NCBI GenBank assembly: GCA_038087875.1
Contig: JAXLNO010000353.1
Location: 1 to 58,487 of the forward strand
DNA length: 58,487 bases
Source: Malacoraja senta
Lineage: Eukaryota
Direction of reading: 5' to 3'
The translations under genes and the position numbers were made by a program. The notes below the pieces were generated by a model. It was not told the origin of the DNA. It saw only the letters and a list, made by a program, of their open reading frames with translations, and searched no databases. Shown here one piece after another: positions 50,922 to 58,487 of the stretch (the stretch's first letter is position 1; each line of letters begins with the position of its first letter).

Positions 50922-51646
50922 GATTCAAAGTCAAGTCTTGACCACTTCCTGTTTGCACTGTATATTGGTTTTAGAAAAATCACTTCCACTCACGGCTTCG
51001 ATTTTTGGCCATATTACTCAGTCCCCCTCCAGCTGTCAGGGCCATAGATGAAAAATATAAGACTTATAAATGTTTAAATAATGTTGAAATTCTCTCTCCT
51101 GTCTATCATGCCATGGAGGACACGCCCCATCCGGTGCGAGGGGGGGGGACTATAAACCCGGAAGTGTGGAATTGCCGCAGTCGCTGCAAGATAGGGGAGG
51201 GAGAGTTCACGACTCTCAGTCTGAGCAGTGAATAAACTGATCACTGAACACATGTCCCCTAAACTGTGAGTGTGGTTTTATGTGCTTTTATGTGGTTTAT
51301 TTGGAACTGTGTTTGGAAGGAATAAATGTTTTTACGTGCCTTTTGAATGTGCCGCTAATTTAAAAGTGTGCCTTTTGACTGTGCCGCTAATTGAAAAGAG
51401 TGTCTTTTGACGGTGTCGCTAATTGAAAAGTGTGCCTTTTGACTGTGCCGCTAAGCTGTGCCTATATTTTAAAATGTGATTTGCTTTATAAATGTGGCTT
51501 GCGTTTTAATGTGGCTTGCATTTTAAATGTGGCTTGCTGTGCAACCGTTTTTGGAAGGAAAAACATTGAATAAACGTTTTATTAGATCAGGACTGTGTTT
51601 AATGCAAAATTGCCGCTCATTCCGTGACTTAGTGGAGAGATGGTGC
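50922..51646 (+). repeat. Interspersed cassette, copy 4 (type B)
   Basis: Shares type B variants; fewer 32-bp units. Confidence 0.9.
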
Positions 51647-51784
51647 TGATTGCGTCATTTCCGGTGAGTTCAGAGGTGGCGCTCATTGCGGAAGGGTCAA
51701 GTGGAGACACCGCCCTGAACCGTTAGTAACAGGATTCAGTATGGTTACCATATTCTGAAGTTACTTGGCATTTTATTATTGGTG

Positions 51785-52088
51785 CTGTGCGTGAGTGTGT
51801 GTCTGTGTTTGTGTGTCTTTATTTGTGTGAGTGTGTGTGTCTGTCTCTGTGTTTGTTTGTGTGTGTGTGTGTGTGTGTGTGTCTTTGTGTTTGTGTGTGT
51901 GTGTGTGTTTTGTGTGTGTGTCCCTGTGTGTGTGTCCCTGTGTGTGTGTGTCCCTGTGTGCCTCGCTGTGTGTGTCTGTGTGTGTGTGTGTGTGTGTGTC
52001 TCTGTGTGTGTGTTTCTGTGTGTTTGTCTCTGTGTGTGTGCTCTGTGTGTGTGTTTGTGTATGTGTGTGTCTCTATGTGTGTGTCTCT
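51785..52088. repeat. Degenerate (GT)n microsatellite
   Basis: Direct reading. Confidence 0.95.
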
Positions 52089-52724
52089 GTTGGAGTGCTT
52101 GGAGTGCTGGGAGTGCTGTGAGGTTGGACTTGCTGCCTGCACTCTGCTTGGAGTGCTGTGAGGTTGGACTTACTGCCTGCACTGTGCTTGGAGTGCTGTG
52201 AGGTTGGACTTACTGCCTGCACTCTGCTTGCTGTGAGGTTGGACTTACTGCCTGCACTGTGCTTGGAGTGCTGTGAGGTTGGACTTACTGCCTGCACTGT
52301 GCTTGGAGTGCTGTGAGGTTGGACTTACTGCCTGCACTGTGCTTGGAGTGCTGTGAGGTTGGACTTACTGCCTGCACTCTGCTTGCTGTGAGGTTGGACT
52401 TACTGCCTGCACTGTGCTTGGAGTGCTGTGAGGTTGGACTTGCTGCCTGCACTGTGCTTGGAGTGCTGTGAGGTTGGACTTGCTGCCTGCACTGTGCTTG
52501 GAGTGCTGTGAGGTTGGATTTGCTGCCTGCACTGTGCTTGGAGTGCTGTGAGGTTGGACTTGCTGCCTGCACTGTGCTTGGAGTGCTGTGAGGTTGGACT
52601 TGCTGCCTGCACTGTGCTTGGAGTGCTGTGAGGTTGGACTTGTTGCCTGCACTGTGCTTGGAGTGCTGTGAGGTTGGACTTGTTGCTTGCACTGTGCTTG
52701 GAGTGCTGTGAGGTTGGACTTGCA
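52089..52724. repeat. 40-bp minisatellite, ~16 copies
   Basis: CTGTGCTTGGAGTGCTGTGAGGTTGGACTTGCTGCCTGCA; two shortened units. Confidence 0.95.
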
Positions 52725-53004
52725 TTGTTTTAAGACTCGTTCATATTTTAAACATTAATAAATCCTTTTTCACCTTGCCATGTCTGCGTGTTCCTCATCA
52801 CAATGGGTACGTAATGGGCAGGAATGGCTGCGCTGTCAGAGAGCCACTAAGAGTGCCTGGGGGGGAGGTTGAGGAGAGATGGACTGAATGCGTGGGGGGG
52901 GGAGGGGAAATGCAAGGAGCAGAGTTGGGGGGTGAAGGAAGGAGGGGTAACTGAGTGAACTGGCACCACACCAGCTGTAATTGACTGAAGTGCCAGCCCA
53001 TCAG

Positions 53005-53460
53005 TCATGACTTAGTGAACTGCATGTCCAAGAATCCATTCAGTCCACAATGTCCATACTAGCCCTCTGGAAACCAGTCCCTTCAGCCCACAACACCCAT
53101 ACTAGCACTCCAGCGATCAACGCAAGGATAGACGTTCCTCCTTCATTGCTGTGATCTGTAAAAAGAGATGAAAATGTCTAAAATTGATTGTCCCTCTCCT
53201 CCTTCTCTCTCACAGACTCTGTCACCTGTTTTCAGTAGAATATCTGGCAGTTTCTGAGCTGCCAGCCCACCAGGCCTGAGTTTCTGAGCTGCCAGCCCAA
53301 GAATCCATTCGGCACACAAAACCGATGTTAGTGCTCCAGTAACCCCCCCCCCCCCCCCCACTGGCCAGCAATATTGGAATTGGTGGAGAGGTGGAAAATT
53401 GCTTTGTGGGACCAGCCCTCCTGTGTGAAGCTGGGATCCAACGGGTCTCACTTAGTCTAG
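53005..53460 (+). mobile_element. Helitron-like 3' terminal region
   Basis: Hairpin GGGATCC-AAC-GGGTCTC (53433-53449), 7 nt before CTAG (53457-53460), followed by T; left boundary uncertain. Confidence 0.7.
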
Positions 53461-53734
53461 TATAGTTATACAAGAAGAAGTTTGGATGAATATCTTACTG
53501 TTTTTGCTACTACACTAAAGAAACTATTAATCAAGAGACTGTGTTTGGAAGATTTCCCTTTCGACGGCATTGAATGTCTCGGGGAGAGCTCGTGAATGGG
53601 TTTCGATTAACTCCTGAACCCGTGTCTTCAATCAGAGTGACTAAAGGAAAGAATCCTCGAAACGATATGAAAATCTGTCACTATAAGTACTACCCCAGAT
53701 TACTACTCCACAGTGTGTCACGCTATCAGTAATA

Positions 53735-54790
53735 CTCCACAGTGTGTCCCTCCATCAGTACCATACAGTGTGTCCCTCCATCAGTACCACCACAGTGTGT
53801 CCCTCCATCAGTACCACCACAATGTGTCCCTCCATCAGTACCACCACAGTGTGTCCCTCCATCAGTACCTCCACAGTGTGTCCCTCCATCAGTACCACCA
53901 CAGTGTCCCTCCATCAGTACCACCACAGTGTGTCCCTCCATCAGTACCACCACCACAGTGTGTCCCTCCGTCAGTACCACCACAGTGTGTCCCCTCCATC
54001 AGTACCACCACAGTGTGTCCCCTCCATCAGTACCACCACCACAGTGTGTCCCTCCATCAGTACCACCACCACAGTGTGTCCCTCCGTCAGTACCACCACA
54101 GTGTGTCCCCTCCATCAGTACCACCACAGTGTGTCCCTCCATCAGTACCACCACCACAGTGTGTCCCTCCATCACTACCACCACCACAGTGTGTCCCCCC
54201 ATCAGTACCACCACAGTGTGTCCCCCCATCAGTACCACCACCACAGTGTGTCCCCTCCATCAGTACCACCACAGTGTGTCCCCTCCATCAGTACCACCAC
54301 CACAGTGTGTCCCCTCCATCAGTACCACCACCACAGTGTGTCCCTCCATCAGTACCACCACCACAGTGTGTCCCCTCCATCAGTACCACCACAGTGTGTC
54401 CCCTCCATCAGTACCACCACAGTGTGTCCCTCCATCAGTACCACCACCACAGTGTGTCCCCTCCATCAGTACCACCACCACAGTGTGTCCCCTCCATCAG
54501 TACCACCACCACAGTGTGTCCCCTCCATCAGTACCACCACAGTGTGTCCCCTCCATCAGTACCACCACCACAGTGTGTCCCTCCATCAGTACCACCACCA
54601 CAGTGTGTCCCTCCATCAGTACCACCACCACAGTGTGTCCCTCCATCAGTACCACCACCACAGTGTGTCCCCCATCAGTACCACCACCACAGTGTGTCCC
54701 TCCATCAGTACCACCACCACAGTGTGTCCCCCCCATCAGTACCACCACAGTGTGTCCCCTCCATCAGTACCACCACCACAGTGTGTCACT
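53735..54790. repeat. 27-31-bp minisatellite CACAGTGTGTCCC(C)TCCATCAGTACCAC(CAC), ~36 copies
   Basis: Direct reading. Confidence 0.95.
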
Positions 54791-54999
54791 GCGTCAGATC
54801 TGCCCCATTGTTACCCCTCCATCAGTACTATCCCACTGTGTGTCACTCCATCAGTGGACGGAGAGAGGGCAGCCCAGAGAGGGGGAATAGAGAGCGTAGG
54901 AAATAGAGTAACAGTTCAGAGAGAGTGACAGCAGTGAGGATGGAGGGAGAGAGAAAGAGAGGAGGGAGAGGTGCTGCATCATTCGCCGTTTTATTTAGG

Positions 55000-55250
55000 T
55001 TTAGGACAATTCTGAGGCGGCAATGTTTCTGTTCTCTGAGTGTCGTGAGCCTTTGGGTCGTTCCCCCTCAGAGGTGATGAAGGAAGGCAGAGAATGTTAT
55101 TGTCCCATGGTATAGTCAGATCTATTCCAGGCAAGCAGGGAGTGAATGGTTCCCGGGGTCAGTCAGCGGGAGTGTGGGGTTGAGGTCACAGTCAGTCAAG
55201 CCGCGATCATATTGAGTGGTGAAGCAGAGTGGAGGGATGGGGGGCATTTT
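55000..55250 (+). mobile_element. Highly degraded CR1 3' end
   Basis: Weak similarity to the CR1 ends at 56865 and 57500. Confidence 0.4.
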
Positions 55251-55670
55251 AGTCCGAGGTGATGTGTTGAACTAATTCCTCAACCTGTGGACAAAGGTCG
55301 CCCAGTCCAGTCCACCTTCAAACTGGGCACCAGAAGCCCTGAGAGGGTCCCTGGAATTTGGCATTGCCTTGCTGAGTGAAACGGATTAAAGGAAATCAGA
55401 CAACCAACATGAGGTGGAGAGTTGGATCTGATGGAGTTTGAAACAATATCCCCTTTGCTGGAACAATGCCGCCTCTCCCAATTTCCATCCCTCAGTATCT
55501 ATCGCCACAATTCCCAGTCTTTGGAGTTTCTCAATCAATTCCCTGAATAAATCACAACCTGTCTCAGCAGGGATTTCACTCGGCTGATGTCATCTGTTTG
55601 TGAATCATTTCAAAATCTCTATTTTTAAACTCTGTTGAAACTTCACTGTCCCGGTGGAGACGGAAAATTG

Positions 55671-55677
55671 TATAAAA
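55671..55677 (+). promoter_or_regulatory. TATA box of the GPCR gene
   Basis: TATAAAA ~30 nt before an Inr-like TTCATT and ~85 nt before the ATG. Confidence 0.55.
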
Positions 55678-55757
55678 TCCCCAGGAATGTTGTGTCCCAG
55701 CATTTCATTCCGAGACATTACCGGTAGCTCACGGGGACACGTCGCTGGGCACAGAAA

Positions 55758-55833
55758 ATGGGGCAGCATCGTTATGAATATTACGCCGTGGAGAGAATCG
55801 TGTACGTGATCATTGCTGCCATTGGTGTCCCTG
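55758..55833 (+). CDS. GPR139-like class A GPCR, coding exon 1
   Basis: aaaATGG; MGQHRYEYYAVERIVYVIIAAIGVP + G; phase-1 donor GTAAGT at 55834. Confidence 0.85.
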
Positions 55834-56504
55834 GTAAGTGAGCAGAACAATTCAAGTTGTATAATTCCATCCGTGTGTTAACTGGTGTTGACCTGATTCT
55901 CATCATGTTACAAGTTCCCAACTGATGATCGTTGTACAAGAATATGTGAAGAATATCAATCCTCTCAGTGAAATATTTGTGAATTAATGCTGTGATATTT
56001 CTTATTTTCAGACAGCTGAAACTAAGCCCCTTTTTCTCTCACTGCTGCCGGCCGGGAGCCACTAGAATGTTGTTCTTGCCTTCAGTGTTGTCCCAGTGCT
56101 CGGGACAGGCAGGCAGGCAGGCAGCTCTCCGGGACGGTGTGACTGGGAGAGAGGGGTTCACGTTGTGAAGTTCACTGTGACTGAGTTATTGATCAGAGTG
56201 CACACCCGCTCCTGTGGACACTGTGTCTCACTGTGGAGTCTGTCTGTCACAGTCGGATTCCACCCACAGCATTTTGGTCAATAATTGGATCGATCTCCTG
56301 AACCAGTGGCCGCGGATCTACCGGCGTGTGTGTGTGTGTGTTGTTACTTCACCTGCACCATCTTGAGTCTGCTGAGATTAGCCGCTGTATGTCTAAACTA
56401 ACCCGACTAACTACCCCCCCCCTGTCTCTGTGCGTTGGTACATATATACCACACCGTCTATACATGGGGATAATAGGTTGCATTCCTGGCACCGTCTGGA
56501 TTTC

Positions 56505-56697
56505 GTGTGTGGGAATGAACTGCAGATGCTGGTTTAAATCGTAGATAGACACAAAGTGCTGGAGTAACTCAGCGGGACGGGCAGCATCTCTGGAGAGAAG
56601 GAAGGGGTGACGTTTCGGATCAAGACCCTTCTTCAGTCCCATTCCTTCTCTCCACAGATGCTGCCTGTCCCGCTGAGTTACTCCGCTTTCTGCGTCG
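56505..56697. mobile_element. Fold-back Penelope-derived minielement with a hammerhead motif (minus, 56607-56637)
   Basis: Inverted arms 56546-56607 / 56638-56696; minus strand CTGAAGA-A-GGGTC-tt-GATCC-GAAAC-GTC. Confidence 0.75.
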
Positions 56698-56864
56698 ACC
56701 GTCTGGACCAGAAGGGGTGGACTCTCATTTGCAACAATTGGCCTCTGCTTCAGGAGGGAAGTGTGAAGGGCACCTTGTGTGGGGAGGGAGAGAAAGAGGA
56801 ATATCAGGGATGATTGGATATGGCGGCCATTGTAGTGCGTTCTTCCCCCAGCTTTACCTTTACC

Positions 56865-57117
56865 TTCAGAAAGGAGATGAGGAGGAATTTCTTTAGACAG
56901 AGGGTGGTGAATCTGTGCAATTCATTGCAGCAGACGGGGGTGGAGGCCAAGTCAATGGATAGTTTTAAGGCGGAGAGTGATAGATTCTTGATTAGTGCGG
57001 GTGTCGGGGGGTTACGGGGAGAAGGCAAGAGAATGGGGTTGAGAGGGAAAGATAGATCGGCCATGATTGAATGGCGGAGTAGACATGATGGGCCGAATGA
57101 CCCAATTCTGCTCCTAT
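56865..57117 (+). mobile_element. CR1 3' end fragment
   Basis: FRKEMRRNFFRQRVVNL.NSL...FKAE.DRFL plus 3' UTR GGGCCGAATG. Confidence 0.85.
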
Positions 57118-57139
57118 CAGCTGCACCCTTGTGTAAAGT

Positions 57140-57345
57140 GTTTAAGAATGAACTGCAGATGCTGGAAAATCGAAAGTAGACAAAAGTGCTGGAGAAACTC
57201 AGCGGGTGAGACAGGATCTATGGAGCGAAGGAAATAGGTAACTATTTCCAGTCTGAAGAAGGGTTTCGGCCCGAAACGTTACCTGTTTCCTTCGTTCCAT
57301 AGATGCTGCCTCACCCGCTGAGATTCTCCAGCACTTTTGTCTACT
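57140..57345. mobile_element. Fold-back Penelope-derived minielement with a 12-bp TSD and hammerhead motif (+, 57251-57282)
   Basis: CTTGTGTAAAGT at 57128-57139 and 57346-57357; ~67-bp inverted arms 57176-57242 / 57278-57344. Confidence 0.8.
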
Positions 57346-57499
57346 CTTGTGTAAAGTCCTTTCTGAGTAATTTCCCTTATCTGTGCTGAATGCTAACCTG
57401 GTTCTGGAAGGGCAGAGTTTGGGGATAATGCAATAGATGAAGTAGTTTGCATCAAGAAGCCATTGGGATAACCTCAGTGGAAGCTTGAGAGTGATGAGT

Positions 57500-57715
57500 G
57501 GTGAGTGTGGAATTCTCTGTCTCAGAGGGCGGTGGAGGCAGGTTCTCTGGATGCTTTCAAGAGAGAGCTAGATAGGGCTCTTAAAAATAGCGGAGTCAGG
57601 GGATATGGGGAGAAGGCAGGAACGGGGAACTGATTGGGGATGATCAGCCATGATCATATTGAATGGCGGTGCTGGCTCGAAGGGCCAAATGGCCTCCTCC
57701 TGCACCTGTTGTCTA
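57500..57715 (+). mobile_element. CR1 3' end fragment
   Basis: WNSL.QRAVEAGSLDAFKRELDRAL plus 3' UTR GAAGGGCCAAATGGCCT. Confidence 0.85.
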
Positions 57716-58201
57716 CTGAACTCACTGTGGAATGAATCCATTAACGGAGCCACTCTGCTGCTGCTGCTGCCGGATTCTAAGTTGTCCCTGCCTTCCCTCT
57801 GGAAGTCTCCCTCCTCGTCCCCATCAGATGCCGAGTTCCCAGAGCCCTGGTTAAACGGGGCCGGCCGCTCACGGTTAAGTCTGTGAAAGCGGCCCCATCA
57901 CAGACTGTGAGCAGCAGCAGGGTTCACTATAGAAAGGACCATTACGCCTATTGTAGATGGGTGGGTGGCTACTCGTTCCCTCCCCTGCCCTTTACCCCAC
58001 CCGCCCGTCACCTTATCTCTTCTCCCCTGAAGCAGGCAGGCAGGTCGGGCACAGTCGGAGCCGGCTCTGACATTGTTAAACTTGCAGCAGCCGCGCACCG
58101 ACTCCAACACTCCTGATCTTGAGCTGAAAGTCGAGCCGGTGTTCAGCCCCGGAGACCGTGTTGGGTAAATGCCCAGTGTCCGTTCCCTTGTCTTTCCGCA
58201 G

Positions 58202-58487
58202 TGAATTTAGTGGCGATTGTGATCCTGTCCCGGGGAAAGTGTGGCCTCTCCACCTGCACCACTCGTTACCTGGTGGCCATGGCAGCGGCCGATCTACTGA
58301 CCCTCATCACCGAGGTCATTTTGTATCAGCTCCGATGGCATTACTTTTATTGGAGTTTCCTGTCCATCACCCCTGTGTGCCGTGTTAACGTTGTACTGAA
58401 GTTTGCTGCTACAGACTGTTCTGTCTGGTTCACCGTCACTTTCACCTTTGATCGCTTTGTCGCCATTTGTTGCCAGAAGCTGAAAAC
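58202..58487 (+). CDS. GPR139-like class A GPCR, coding exon 2 (runs off the window)
   Basis: Polypyrimidine tract + CAG acceptor; (V)NLVAIVILSRGKCGLSTCTTRYLVAMAAADLL...PVC...TDCSVWFTVTFTFDRFVAICCQKLK; TM1-TM3 with DRF, no stops. Confidence 0.9.

Noticed and set aside
28816..50958. Dozens of minus-strand ORFs repeating HFQSKPPFAFSKQTTFCIFKANHLL
   Set aside because: The 25-bp unit is stop-free on minus, so all three frames give the same 25-aa repeat; frequent indels show no frame constraint
51722..52815. Solo LTR enclosing the GT and 40-bp repeats
   Set aside because: AATAAA is present near 52757, but no convincing TG...CA termini or TSD
53735..54790. Array of CACAGTG RSS heptamers; mucin-like ORFs
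   Set aside because: No ACAAAAACC nonamer at 12/23 spacing and no V/D/J segments; the ORFs are repeat artefacts
29000..54790. CRISPR-like arrays
   Set aside because: Repeats are contiguous without unique spacers; no cas genes; vertebrate context
58158..58388. 76-aa ORF in the track
   Set aside because: Alternative frame overlapping the real GPCR exon 2

Overview
Repeat-dominated vertebrate genomic DNA, most likely a cartilaginous fish such as a skate or ray (inferred from the HE1/V-SINE-like SINE, CR1, Penelope and GPR139-like content). The only convincing host gene is the 5' part of a two-exon GPR139-like class A GPCR (exon 1 55758-55833; exon 2 from 58202 to the window end), which the ORF track misses. 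The first 29 kb is a nest of mobile elements: a palindromic twin-THAP ISL2EU-like DNA transposon, a Crack/L2-group LINE, a V-SINE, a Penelope-like element (open RT + GIY-YIG frame, 2.6-kb G-rich VNTR, minimal hammerhead motif), an RTE-X LINE, a deleted class I ERV (tRNA-Pro PBS, one LTR, IN and env remnants) inserted into a Gypsy element that appears to be self-primed, and CR1/Rex1 fragments. From 29 to 51.6 kb lies a hierarchical 25-bp satellite punctuated by four ~0.75-kb promoter-like cassettes, followed by further minisatellites and a canonical Helitron 3' terminus at 53460, which suggests a rolling-circle-derived macrosatellite. Most long ORFs in the track over repeats are artefacts of stop-free repeat units.
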